From a virus: DNA of 64,000 nucleotides. The position numbers were made by a program, and so were the translations under genes. The notes beneath the pieces were generated by a model. The model did not search any database. It was not told the DNA's origin and was given only the letters and a program-made list of their open reading frames with translations. Location: the IMG/VR virus record IMGVR_UViG_3300047545_000180, positions 1 through 64,000 of that record; one strand, written 5' to 3'. Each line of letters opens with the position of its first letter. Position 1 is the first letter of the stretch. Below, piece after piece: positions 26,789 to 35,162 of this stretch.

Positions 26789-26988
26789 GCTATGGCGGTT
26801 TACCATTTTGGGTATACGAAGTAATTTACGAACAAGACCTTGCTAAGATGCAATGCTGCTTTGAAGGTGAGTGGTTTGCTGGTACTCACAAGAAGTTACC
26901 TGAACATGTGATCAGCATCTCAAGAGCTACTTTTAAAACGCACGATGTTGGAGGTTGGAATCATGAAAGAGTACTACGTGGTTTATAA
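26785..26988 (+). CDS. hypothetical protein
   Basis: 67-aa ORF; 4-nt overlap. Confidence 0.45.
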   Translation: MSYGGLPFWVYEVIYEQDLAKMQCCFEGEWFAGTHKKLPEHVISISRATFKTHDVGGWNHERVLRGL

Positions 26989-27250
26989 AGAATACAAGCA
27001 ACCAATGCTTGGGCACTTTATAATTACTGCACAAAACAAACATGAAGCTAAACTTGCATTTTTATCTTCAGGTATTAAACATGATTACATTATAAAGGTT
27101 ATCTTATGAGTTATATTTATAAGTACAACAAAGAGCATAATACTTTGGAACAGTACAAAGATGGTTTATTGAGAGCTTGTATGCAGATGCCTCAGTCTGA
27201 TTTGAACAAGTTAGCTAGATTGAACATCAAAGAAAATATTTTACGAGTTG

Positions 27251-27280
27251 TTGACACAGAGGTAAAAACTGATGTATAAT
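27251..27280 (+). promoter_or_regulatory. perfect sigma70 consensus promoter TTGACA-18-TATAAT for the tRNA cluster
   Basis: -35 at 27251-27256, -10 at 27275-27280. tRNA-Arg begins 12 nt downstream. Confidence 0.7.
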
Positions 27281-27291
27281 TGAGATATCAA

Positions 27292-27366
27292 ACGGGATTC
27301 GTTCAACGGATAGGACATCTTTCTTCTAAAGAGATAATAGTGGTTCGATTCCACTATCCCGTACCA
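27292..27366 (+). tRNA. tRNA-Arg (anticodon UCU)
   Basis: Hand-folded cloverleaf: acceptor ACGGGAT/ATCCCGT, D arm GTTC..GGAC, anticodon stem TCTTT/AGAGA with loop CTTCTAA, T arm AGTGG-TTCGATT-CCACT, encoded CCA. Confidence 0.8.
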
Positions 27367-27371
27367 AATAT

Positions 27372-27484
27372 GGAAGCTGTAACTCAGTTGGTAGAGTCAT
27401 TGGGCAGGTTACTGTCGATAGTGTAGAGGTATTCTAGATAAACTACACTAGGCGAGTCGGAGGTTCAAGTCCTCTCAGCTTTTT
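27372..27484 (+). ncRNA. anomalous 113-nt tRNA-like element: canonical acceptor, D arm and T arm, with about 40 extra nt between the D and T arms
   Basis: Acceptor GAAGCTG/CAGCTTT, D arm ACTC-AGTTGGTA-GAGT, T arm GGAGG-TTCAAGT-CCTCT. Internal 8-bp hairpin 27419-27450 (TAGTGTAG..CTACACTA). No 7-nt anticodon loop could be folded; no CCA. Confidence 0.35.
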
Positions 27485-27681
27485 ACAATTAGTCCCGGTT
27501 CTCTGCAAGCTTCGCATCCCTAGAAGTAAGTACAACCCGAGGTAGGTGCAAGCCCTATCAACCTGCAGTAATGCAATTGGAAAAAAGATGCGAGTAATGG
27601 TAGACTTCGCATTTGGATTTCTATACCTGCGGACCGTCATCCAATAGGAAAAGACAGTATAAAACCAGTTTAGGGACTGAT

Positions 27682-27722
27682 AATATACTAGAGATTATTC
27701 GTTGAGTACTTTCTAGTATATT
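27682..27722 (+). promoter_or_regulatory. perfect 11-bp inverted repeat hairpin (AATATACTAGA / TCTAGTATATT, 19-nt loop) immediately 5' of tRNA-Met
   Basis: Seen directly. No downstream U-tract. Candidate RNA processing site. Confidence 0.4.
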
Positions 27723-27725
27723 ATT

Positions 27726-27801
27726 GCGACAGTAGCTCAGTGGTAAGAGCAGGGTACTCATAATGCCTTGGTCGTGTGTTCAATTCACACCTGTCGCACC
27801 A
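27726..27801 (+). tRNA. tRNA-Met (anticodon CAU; could be Ile-lysidine type)
   Basis: Acceptor GCGACAG/CTGTCGC, D arm GCTC-AGTGGTAA-GAGC, anticodon loop CTCATAA, T arm GTGTG-TTCAATT-CACAC, encoded CCA. Confidence 0.8.
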
Positions 27802-27815
27802 AACAAAGGAGTAAT

Positions 27816-28628
27816 ATGAAAAATCTACTGATTGGTTCACAAGCATTACAATACTGGAGTGCTACTTTCAAAGTAAGACCAGATTCAGATTGGGATATTA
27901 TCAGTGAACATAAAATTGCTGACGATACAAAGCGTATTGAATGCCACACATTTGATCAGGTTGGTAATTACGATCTGCTAAACTATGCCAGTACGCATTG
28001 GATTGAAATTGCAGGTCAAAGAATTTATGTGGTTAATCCTGTTGGACTTGCTATTGTAAAGCGCAGTCACCTGTGGCGTGATCGTAAGTTTGAAAAGCAC
28101 ATGACACAATACAATATGCATTTAAAGACATATCGTGCATTCTTTACTGACAAAGATGAAGAAGTGTTAAACAAGCGTATTAAGCTCACAATGTCAGCAT
28201 ATCCACAAGGTAATCCAAACTTGATGCAAACAGTAGAAGAGTTCTTTGACGATGCTGTAACTAAGAAGTACAATCATGATTACTTGCATGAGTTATTTGC
28301 TTACCACAAAGAACCTTTGTATAAAAAACTACAAAAAGATTCAAGTTTAGCGTGGTGTGATAAAAATCTGTGGTACAATCTAAGCCATGCAGACAAACTT
28401 AGATGCATTGCAGAAGAAGCTTATGTTATTTCAACTGAAAGGTTCTTAGTACCTTCAGATTGGAGTACACCAGCTAAACTAGCGTTTTACAAGTCAGTCA
28501 ACAAGATTTGTACTACACTGTGTTCGGGTTGGTTTAGGGACTATGCAATTGACAACTATACAGAAGTCTTGGATATGTTTGATGCTGCTAAATTTGAGAA
28601 TGTTAAACAAGTTTTACTAAAGGAGTAA
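27816..28628 (+). CDS. hypothetical protein (start at MKNLLIG with an AAGGAG RBS)
   Basis: The ORF-track start 27768 lies inside tRNA-Met. An RBS-supported ATG is at 27816. Confidence 0.55.
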   Translation: MKNLLIGSQALQYWSATFKVRPDSDWDIISEHKIADDTKRIECHTFDQVGNYDLLNYASTHWIEIAGQRIYVVNPVGLAIVKRSHLWRDRKFEKHMTQYNMHLKTYRAFFTDKDEEVLNKRIKLTMSAYPQGNPNLMQTVEEFFDDAVTKKYNHDYLHELFAYHKEPLYKKLQKDSSLAWCDKNLWYNLSHADKLRCIAEEAYVISTERFLVPSDWSTPAKLAFYKSVNKICTTLCSGWFRDYAIDNYTEVLDMFDAAKFENVKQVLLKE

Positions 28629-28629
28629 T

Positions 28630-28986
28630 ATGTCAGATAAACTAATTGATACAGTCAGTGCATTACTTGCAGAAGCTGATAATGATGTTAAACGTGACTT
28701 TTTTAATGCTGAGATTAAGTCTGAATATAGCAAATGGGATGAAGATAGTGTTATGGAATTCAAAAAACATCTCACCGAAGCCAAGATTGATTTTGAACTT
28801 GTAGATAATTACGGTGGTGAAGACCAAGGTTCTGAGTACTGGAGTGTATATTCATTTACTGATGGTATGCAAGTTGTATTCATCAAGTTCGATGGTTGGT
28901 ACGCATCTTACGAAGGTAGCACCTACGAAGAGTTCTATGAGGTACAACCTGTAGAAAAAACCATTACTGTATTCGAAAAGAAATAA
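28630..28986 (+). CDS. hypothetical protein, tandem paralog A
   Basis: Shares VDNYGGEDQGSEYW...KFDGWYAS...KTITVFE with 28997..29311. Confidence 0.55.
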   Translation: MSDKLIDTVSALLAEADNDVKRDFFNAEIKSEYSKWDEDSVMEFKKHLTEAKIDFELVDNYGGEDQGSEYWSVYSFTDGMQVVFIKFDGWYASYEGSTYEEFYEVQPVEKTITVFEKK

Positions 28987-28996
28987 GGAGTGATAT

Positions 28997-29311
28997 ATGA
29001 GTCTTAAAAGTACTTTAGAGATTATATTTGAAGAGATAACCGAAAGTGGTTCCGTAGAAGGTATGATGGACGGTGATTGCTATGGTCAAATTAAAACTGC
29101 ACTAGACAATCAACAAATTGTTTACACAGTTGAAGATAGTTACGGTGGTGAAGAGCAAGGTTCTGATTACTGGTGCGTATGGAAGTTTAGTAAAGACGGT
29201 CAAGAATGCTTTGTTAAATTCTACGGTTATTACGCATCACACTACGGTACAGACTACCAAGGTTGGAGGTTTGTAACACCTCAACAAAAGACAATTACTG
29301 TCTATCAATAA
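28997..29311 (+). CDS. hypothetical protein, tandem paralog B
   Basis: VEDSYGGEEQGSDYW...KFYGYYAS...KTITVYQ. Confidence 0.55.
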   Translation: MSLKSTLEIIFEEITESGSVEGMMDGDCYGQIKTALDNQQIVYTVEDSYGGEEQGSDYWCVWKFSKDGQECFVKFYGYYASHYGTDYQGWRFVTPQQKTITVYQ

Positions 29312-29318
29312 TTCAAAA

Positions 29319-29353
29319 TAAAGCTTGACTTGACTAACAAGCTTTGTTATAAT
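29319..29353 (+). promoter_or_regulatory. sigma70-type promoter TTGACT-17-TATAAT with an 8-bp inverted repeat AAAGCTTG/CAAGCTTT spanning the -35
   Basis: -35 at 29325-29330, -10 at 29348-29353. The IR arms flank acttgactaa. Confidence 0.5.
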
Positions 29354-29435
29354 CTGGTTTGTAGCGAAAGCTGCATTAGTCGTGCCGTTGAGCACATTTT
29401 AGTCTGTAACATAACTAGTCCTCGAAAGGAAATAT

Positions 29436-30104
29436 ATGAATAAATTAACTGGAACTCTTCTCTATGTCCAACTCAATAAGCCTGTAAAAGCTTATGTCAA
29501 AGCTGGTGAAGCTGGTGAAGATAAGAAGCCTGATGAATGGAAAGCATCTGTAGCAATTGTAGATGAAGACATTGTTGATCAATTTGAAGATTATGCCAAA
29601 AGCATTGACGCAAAAGTATCGGTCAAGAAAGTCAAAACTGCAGAGTTCGAATCTGTATATAAAACTGCACCACCTGAAGGCGCAGCTAAGAATATTTGGG
29701 TTGTCACTCTCCGTAAATCTACAGAACTAGGTAAAACTGGTAAACCTGTGCCTGATCTATATCGACCAAAAGTATTTGAGAAAGTCAAGAATACACTAGT
29801 TGATGTAACGAACACAAAGATACCTGCAAATGGTTCTATTGGTTCAATCAGTATTGATGCGTTTACTCGTAACAATGGTACAAGTTCTCTTTATCTAAAG
29901 AATGTTCTTGTCACTGAAATGATCGAATATGTACCAGAAGAAGGTTCAGCAAGCGATTACAATCCCGGTGATGAATTTGGTGATGAAGTACCTGCACCAA
30001 AAGCAGCAGAGAAAGCTGAAGCAAAACCTGCAGCTAAACCTGCAGCAAAAGCCAAAGCTAAACCAGTGGTTGATGATGACATGGATGACGATATTCCGTT
30101 CTAA
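29436..30104 (+). CDS. ssb: single-stranded DNA-binding protein
   Basis: Acidic C-terminal tail ending DDDMDDDIPF (SSB C-terminal DDDIPF signature). T7 gp2.5-like size. Confidence 0.75.
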   Translation: MNKLTGTLLYVQLNKPVKAYVKAGEAGEDKKPDEWKASVAIVDEDIVDQFEDYAKSIDAKVSVKKVKTAEFESVYKTAPPEGAAKNIWVVTLRKSTELGKTGKPVPDLYRPKVFEKVKNTLVDVTNTKIPANGSIGSISIDAFTRNNGTSSLYLKNVLVTEMIEYVPEEGSASDYNPGDEFGDEVPAPKAAEKAEAKPAAKPAAKAKAKPVVDDDMDDDIPF

Positions 30105-30111
30105 TCATATA

Positions 30112-30140
30112 GTGGGGGACCGAAGCCCCCACCTTTAATA
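30112..30140 (+). terminator. rho-independent terminator
   Basis: GTGGGGG-accgaag-CCCCCAC then CTTTAATATTT. Confidence 0.65.
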
Positions 30141-30161
30141 TTTACTAACTGAAAGGACAAT

Positions 30162-30368
30162 ATGACAAAACAAACTAAAGATATCATTACAATTGTATCT
30201 ATTCTTATCTTTGCTATTCTAGCTGTCATCTTTGTACCATTGGCTACAATCTGGTCGTTAAATACATTGTTTCCAATCCTAAGTATTCCTTATACATTTT
30301 ATAGCTGGTTAGCTGTAGTAGTAATGAATCTCACATGGATGTACAAACCAAATCTCAAAAAGGATTAA
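30162..30368 (+). CDS. small membrane protein
   Basis: Two TM helices. Confidence 0.45.
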   Translation: MTKQTKDIITIVSILIFAILAVIFVPLATIWSLNTLFPILSIPYTFYSWLAVVVMNLTWMYKPNLKKD

Positions 30369-30369
30369 T

Positions 30370-30588
30370 ATGCAAAGTAAAGAAGCAATCGCAAAACTAG
30401 TACGACTATACACACAAGAACAATCACTAGGTGAAGAAATCAAAGAGATTAAAGATGAATGCAAAGCGGCTGGACTTGATGCCAGTGTGTTGTGTGCAGT
30501 AGCTAAAGCTATCGTAAAAGATGGTGTAGAAAAGCTAGTAGAAAAATCAGAGCTAACTCTAGAAGCTATTCAGGCTGCTCGTAGCTAA
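30370..30588 (+). CDS. hypothetical protein
   Basis: 72-aa ORF. Confidence 0.45.
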   Translation: MQSKEAIAKLVRLYTQEQSLGEEIKEIKDECKAAGLDASVLCAVAKAIVKDGVEKLVEKSELTLEAIQAARS

Positions 30589-30597
30589 TGAATAATA

Positions 30598-30630
30598 CCC
30601 GTAGGTGAAAACTTACGGGTTTTTCTTTTA
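30598..30630 (+). terminator. rho-independent terminator
   Basis: CCCGTA-ggtgaaaact-TACGGG followed by TTTTTCTTTT. Confidence 0.6.
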
Positions 30631-30638
30631 AGGATAAT

Positions 30639-31643
30639 ATGACAGAACCAGCAAAAAGAATACTCATCGTGGATGCAGATTTGATAGCCTATCGTTATGC
30701 TGCTGCTAATGAAAAACGCACCATCATAGCCAAGCACTTAAAATCCAGTAGAGAAAAAATATTTAAAACCAGAACAGAACTCAAGGCTTTACTAAAAGAG
30801 AAAAACATTGAATTTAAAGCTGAAGATTATAAAATTCAAGATGTGCAAACAGCTGCTTCTATTCGGATTGCCTTGCGATCTGTAAAAGGCGTTATACAGC
30901 GATTAACAGAGGCTACGTGGGCAGATGAAGTTGAGCTATACATCGGTACAGGAAAGACGTTTAGACACGCTCTAGCCCTTCCTACGCCGTATAAAGACAA
31001 TAGAGAGGACTCGCTAAAGCCTTTGCAACTCGCGGACGTTAGGCGATATATGCAAGTAAAGCATGGGGCACAACTTGTAAAAGGTATTGAAACTGATGAT
31101 ATGATCACGATACGTGCTTACGAAGAATTAGCAAAAGGTAATTATCCAATCATTGTATCTGCAGATAAAGACGCACAACAATCTCAAGGTATTGAGGTGC
31201 TGGATTTTACGCAAGAGGTTTGGAAAGGTAAGGTTATTCCACAGGTTGGTTCACTGTGGAAGGTTGTCATTGGTAAGGGACCAGCCACTGAAATCAAAGG
31301 AGATGGACTTAAATTTTTAGCCTTTCAAACATTAGCCGGTGATAAAGCAGATACTTATTTTGGATATAAACTGTCTAAATTAAGTTATGGTCCCGCTAAA
31401 GCATTTAAGGCATTAGAGAACACTAAGACCGAACAAGAGATTCTACAAGTATTAATCAGTGAATTTAAACGCTTATATCCTGAGCCTTTTGATTACACAG
31501 ATTGTCATGGTGTATTACACAGCGATGTAGATTGGTTTGACATGTTGCAGCTTTTTTGGAGTTGCGCTTATATGAAACGCAGCATAGACGATGAAAGTAG
31601 CTTCATTCAATTTGCTGCTGAACGAGATGTGTATGTCAACTAA
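30639..31643 (+). CDS. 5'-3' exonuclease / flap endonuclease, T7 gp6-like
   Basis: ILIVDADLIAYRYA resembles T7 gp6 ILVMDGDWLVFQA. PTPYKDNRE resembles VDPNYKANRK. SADKDAQQ resembles CDKDFKT. Confidence 0.6.
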   Translation: MTEPAKRILIVDADLIAYRYAAANEKRTIIAKHLKSSREKIFKTRTELKALLKEKNIEFKAEDYKIQDVQTAASIRIALRSVKGVIQRLTEATWADEVELYIGTGKTFRHALALPTPYKDNREDSLKPLQLADVRRYMQVKHGAQLVKGIETDDMITIRAYEELAKGNYPIIVSADKDAQQSQGIEVLDFTQEVWKGKVIPQVGSLWKVVIGKGPATEIKGDGLKFLAFQTLAGDKADTYFGYKLSKLSYGPAKAFKALENTKTEQEILQVLISEFKRLYPEPFDYTDCHGVLHSDVDWFDMLQLFWSCAYMKRSIDDESSFIQFAAERDVYVN

Positions 31644-32151
31644 AGATAAAACAATTGATCTTTATAACACAGCAGATGTTAAAAAGGTAAGAGAGTTACT
31701 TACAAAAGAGCAAGATAATAAGTGCGCTGTAACTGGTTTAGATATTCCAGTTAAGCAGCATGTTCTTGATCATAACCACGATGAAACACAGCTTGTAAGA
31801 GGTGTATTACATCGTCAGGTTAATGCTTTTGCAGGTAAAGCTGAGAATGCCTTTACACGATTAATTGCTTGGTGGTATCCAAATGATTTACCTACTTTGT
31901 TAAGAGAATGTGCAGAATATCTTGAGAAAGAACCTGATACACGTTACAGGCACAATGGTTGGGTAAAAAAAATTAATACACAATTTAACAAGCTAAAAGA
32001 AGCACAAAAAGATTTAGTATTAATTGCTTTAGGTAAACCTGCAGGTAAGAATACAGCAGAGAGGAAAAAGTTGTTTCAATCTGCAGTATTGACAAAGCAG
32101 TTCAGTTATGATACACTACGAGATATTATCAACAATGCAAAGGAGTTATAA
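31633..32151 (+). CDS. Holliday junction resolvase, T4 endonuclease VII-like
   Basis: CAVTGLDIP...HVLDHNHDETQLVRGVLHRQVN matches the endo VII HxDHDHxTGxxRGLLCxxCN pattern. Start adjusted to ATG 31633. Confidence 0.65.
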   Translation: MSTKDKTIDLYNTADVKKVRELLTKEQDNKCAVTGLDIPVKQHVLDHNHDETQLVRGVLHRQVNAFAGKAENAFTRLIAWWYPNDLPTLLRECAEYLEKEPDTRYRHNGWVKKINTQFNKLKEAQKDLVLIALGKPAGKNTAERKKLFQSAVLTKQFSYDTLRDIINNAKEL

Positions 32152-32549
32152 TGGAAATTACAGAAGTTGAAAAGAATACTTGGTGGGCTGATCGTTATGC
32201 TCCTAAGATGATCGATTTGGTTGGACGAGTATTTACAGAAGTAATTAATAATGGTAATGAATTAATTTTATGTAATGATAAAGAATATTTTAAATTCTAT
32301 CATGAGCAAGATTGCTGTGAGCATGTATCAATTGAAGATATTACTGGTGATTTAAACGATTTGATTGGTGAGCCTATTTTATTTGCAGAAGAATCTTCCA
32401 GTTCTGATGAAAATGCATCTGATTCTGGTACATGGACTTTCTATAAGTTAGCTACAGTCAAAGGTTGGGTTGATATTCGCTGGTACGGTTCATCAAATGG
32501 TTATTACTCAGAGGGCGTAAGTCTAACTTACGGTAAGTATGAAAATTAA
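32151..32549 (+). CDS. hypothetical protein
   Basis: 132-aa ORF. Confidence 0.5.
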   Translation: MEITEVEKNTWWADRYAPKMIDLVGRVFTEVINNGNELILCNDKEYFKFYHEQDCCEHVSIEDITGDLNDLIGEPILFAEESSSSDENASDSGTWTFYKLATVKGWVDIRWYGSSNGYYSEGVSLTYGKYEN

Positions 32550-32721
32550 AGTAATCGACTGCAACGATGGTTTGCTTTGGTATGCTAAAAGAATCGGCGA
32601 AGAATTCAAAGTAGAGTTCATTGAAGACAAGGCATATTGGGCAAGAGAAGGTGGACAATTCAATGCTCTAAATTGGATTAAAAAAGAAGATGCAACAATT
32701 ACGGAAGGTAATGTACAGTGA
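32539..32721 (+). CDS. hypothetical small protein
   Basis: 60-aa ORF coupled to its neighbours. Confidence 0.35.
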   Translation: MKIKVIDCNDGLLWYAKRIGEEFKVEFIEDKAYWAREGGQFNALNWIKKEDATITEGNVQ

Positions 32722-33671
32722 AATATACAACAGATATTATTGAAAACATTTGGAATATGAAAACGGCAGGTTACTCTTCAAGAGCAATTGCACAATCTTT
32801 AGGTATTAGCAAGTCAGGAGTAAACGATATGTTTAGGCGCAATAGTATATACCCTGAGTTACAGTATGATCCCTCTGAAGTAGCATTTCGCAGCGATGGA
32901 CCAAGGATTTTAATCTTTGATACAGAAACTAGTTGTCCGCTTGTATTTGCATTTGGACGCAGGAAACAGTACATTAATGACAAAGCCATTTACAAAGAAG
33001 GTGGACGTATTCTGTGCTTTAGCTACAAGTGGTTGGGTCAAGATCATGTGCATAGTCACTGGATGACACCTGAAGAAATTAACGACAATGATGATAGTCG
33101 ATTGGCTTGTATTTTGTTTGGTTTGTACGAAGAAGCAGATGCTGTTGTAGGGTACAATTTGCAAGGGTTTGACGATAAGGTTGTTCAAACAAGAGCGTTA
33201 GCTTGTGGTCTTGGTAAATTACCTACTGTAAAAAAGATTGATCCTTACTTGCAAGCCAAGAAAAAACTTCGATTACCTAGTAATAGTTTAGACAATGTTT
33301 GTGCTTATTTTGGATTACCTCAGAAGACAGCAACAAGTATGGAATTGTGGGTAAAAGTTCAATCTGGTGACACAGAGGCTATGAAACAAATGGTAAGTTA
33401 TTGTGAAAACGATGTAGACGTTTTGCAAAATGTTTATGCACTTCTTCAAGGCTTAGGAAATGTAAACACAGACTTTAACGCAGCTCTTTACTTTAAAGAT
33501 AACATGACAAGATGCAGATCGTGTGGTAGTTCAGATGTTGAAGTAACAGGTAGGACTGTAGCTACTGCAGTAAGTTTATTTGAAGAAGCTCGTTGTAACG
33601 TCTGCGGAACTGTACATCGTGTGCGACAATCAACCACTACAAAAGAAAAAAGAAAAAGCTTGATTGTGTAA
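32718..33671 (+). CDS. DnaQ-like (DEDDy) 3'-5' exonuclease with an N-terminal HTH and a C-terminal zinc ribbon
   Basis: Exo I ILIFDTET, Exo III YCENDVDVL. C-terminal CRSCGS...CNVCG. Confidence 0.55.
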   Translation: MKYTTDIIENIWNMKTAGYSSRAIAQSLGISKSGVNDMFRRNSIYPELQYDPSEVAFRSDGPRILIFDTETSCPLVFAFGRRKQYINDKAIYKEGGRILCFSYKWLGQDHVHSHWMTPEEINDNDDSRLACILFGLYEEADAVVGYNLQGFDDKVVQTRALACGLGKLPTVKKIDPYLQAKKKLRLPSNSLDNVCAYFGLPQKTATSMELWVKVQSGDTEAMKQMVSYCENDVDVLQNVYALLQGLGNVNTDFNAALYFKDNMTRCRSCGSSDVEVTGRTVATAVSLFEEARCNVCGTVHRVRQSTTTKEKRKSLIV

Positions 33672-33705
33672 TGCAATCTATGCTATAATCACTGCTAGTT
33701 CCAAA

Positions 33706-33731
33706 CCCCGGTTAATCGCCGGGGATTTTTT
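33706..33731 (+). terminator. rho-independent terminator
   Basis: CCCCGG-ttaatcg-CCGGGG followed by ATTTTTTC. Confidence 0.7.
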
Positions 33732-33750
33732 CATCTTGAAAGGATATCAA

Positions 33751-33921
33751 ATGCAAAATGCGCAACCTTGGGTAAAGTGGTTGATTAACCATAACATGAA
33801 ATTTGTAGTATACCTTGTGTGGTTTCTCGTTCTTCCATTGTTCTTATTTGCTTACATTGAAAATGCAGTAGAAGACGCAACAAAAGAGTTCAAAGATATT
33901 CAACAACTAAAGAAAGGTTAA
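33751..33921 (+). CDS. small membrane protein (start adjusted to MQNAQPW)
   Basis: The ORF-track start lies inside the terminator hairpin. An AAAGGA RBS precedes an ATG at 33751. Confidence 0.4.
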   Translation: MQNAQPWVKWLINHNMKFVVYLVWFLVLPLFLFAYIENAVEDATKEFKDIQQLKKG

Positions 33922-33922
33922 T

Positions 33923-34423
33923 ATGACAGATTACAATATTTCAGACTTCCAAGTGGACTGCTATGCGTTCAATGAAATTGCAGGTAAACACAATAAAACA
34001 ACTTTAAAGGATATTGAGTTCCAATACAAACTTATCTTAGAGGAAACCAAAGAGATTAAAGACAAAGGTATTGATAATAATAATGTCAAAGAAGTACTAG
34101 ATGGTGTTGTCGATGTAATGGTCACTGCTCTAGGTTTACTACAAAAGCTAGAATATCTTGGTGTAGATACGAATAAAGCGATGCGAGATACAGCATACAA
34201 TAATCTGACAAAGTATCCTTCAAAAGAATATACTGCAATTAAAACTGCAATGATGTACGAAGAAGAAGGTAGCGTAGTCAATGTAGAGTATAATTCAGAG
34301 TATGAACTTTTTATTATTAAAAATTGGAATGACAAAGTTATGAAGCCAATTGGTTTTGAATCTAACGATTTATCTAATTGCATTCCTAAAGAACTATTGT
34401 TGAACGGTTTTAAGGAGGATTGA
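33923..34423 (+). CDS. MazG-like nucleoside triphosphate pyrophosphohydrolase
   Basis: LILEETKEIKD ... EVLDGVVDVMV resembles the MazG EExxE...D metal-binding helices. Confidence 0.45.
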   Translation: MTDYNISDFQVDCYAFNEIAGKHNKTTLKDIEFQYKLILEETKEIKDKGIDNNNVKEVLDGVVDVMVTALGLLQKLEYLGVDTNKAMRDTAYNNLTKYPSKEYTAIKTAMMYEEEGSVVNVEYNSEYELFIIKNWNDKVMKPIGFESNDLSNCIPKELLLNGFKED

Positions 34424-34977
34424 TTATGAGTTTAAACGATATTACAATCGAAGGTAAAGATTATGAAAGTATCTTTGATGAACACAGTAGCAAAGGTTGC
34501 GATCTATGTGAATTTCGTAATGATAGCGAAGGTTGCAGATTAGCAAATAAAATTGTAGATTGCTCTGCAGATGATGTATATTTTGTGCCAGCATCAACAG
34601 TAGATTTACGATCTGATACACAGCAAATCAAAGATTGGAAAGCTTCAGATACAATGACCGTACAAACTCCCGGTACTAAATACGATCAAGGTAAGTTGCA
34701 ATATACATTAGTACCTCCGTATGCATTACAAGAAGTTGCACGTAATCTAACGGAAGGCTTAAAGAAGTACAAAGAGCGTAATAACTGGCAGAAGGTAGAA
34801 GGTGCAGAGCAACGTTACATGGATGCTCTTATGAGGCATTTTGAGGCTATTAGAAGGGGTGAAATCTATGATGTAGATAGTAGTGACCCAACTATCAGTC
34901 ATATGTCTGCTGTAGCCGTTAACGCAATGTTCTTACTTGAATTTATGTACAACCCTGAATTGAAAGGTAAAGTATGA
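34420..34977 (+). CDS. putative dATP/dGTP pyrophosphohydrolase N-domain-like protein
   Basis: KYDQGKLQYTLVPPYALQEVARNLTEGLKKYKERNNW resembles the DxGK..LxPP.AL..VA.VL..G..KY..NW pattern of that family (from memory). Confidence 0.4.
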   Translation: MIMSLNDITIEGKDYESIFDEHSSKGCDLCEFRNDSEGCRLANKIVDCSADDVYFVPASTVDLRSDTQQIKDWKASDTMTVQTPGTKYDQGKLQYTLVPPYALQEVARNLTEGLKKYKERNNWQKVEGAEQRYMDALMRHFEAIRRGEIYDVDSSDPTISHMSAVAVNAMFLLEFMYNPELKGKV

Positions 34978-35104
34978 ACTTTTTATTAGTTATTTGTGCA
35001 ATTGTTATTATTTGTGTTCTAGTATTAATTTATGCCGCAGCACATAAGATGATTCAAGAAAATAAAACTCTGCATTCTACAGATGAAGATGCAGATGACA
35101 ACCT

Positions 35105-35133
35105 TGATTTACCCAAAACCCTGTGATATAATC
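35105..35133 (+). promoter_or_regulatory. sigma70-type promoter TTGATT-17-TATAAT
   Basis: -35 at 35105-35110, -10 at 35128-35133. Confidence 0.5.
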
Positions 35134-35162
35134 ACTATTCTCTTAATTTTTAAAGGTAGTAC

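Noticed and set aside
27443-27640. ORF 27443..27640 (minus strand) in the tRNA region
   Set aside because: Overlaps the tRNA-like element and the structured spacer. No RBS. The region is better explained as RNA genes.
33923-34977. 2-aminoadenine (Z-genome) pathway
   Set aside because: MazG-like and dATP/dGTP-pyrophosphohydrolase-like genes are present, but no PurZ (adenylosuccinate-synthetase-like) gene exists in the window.
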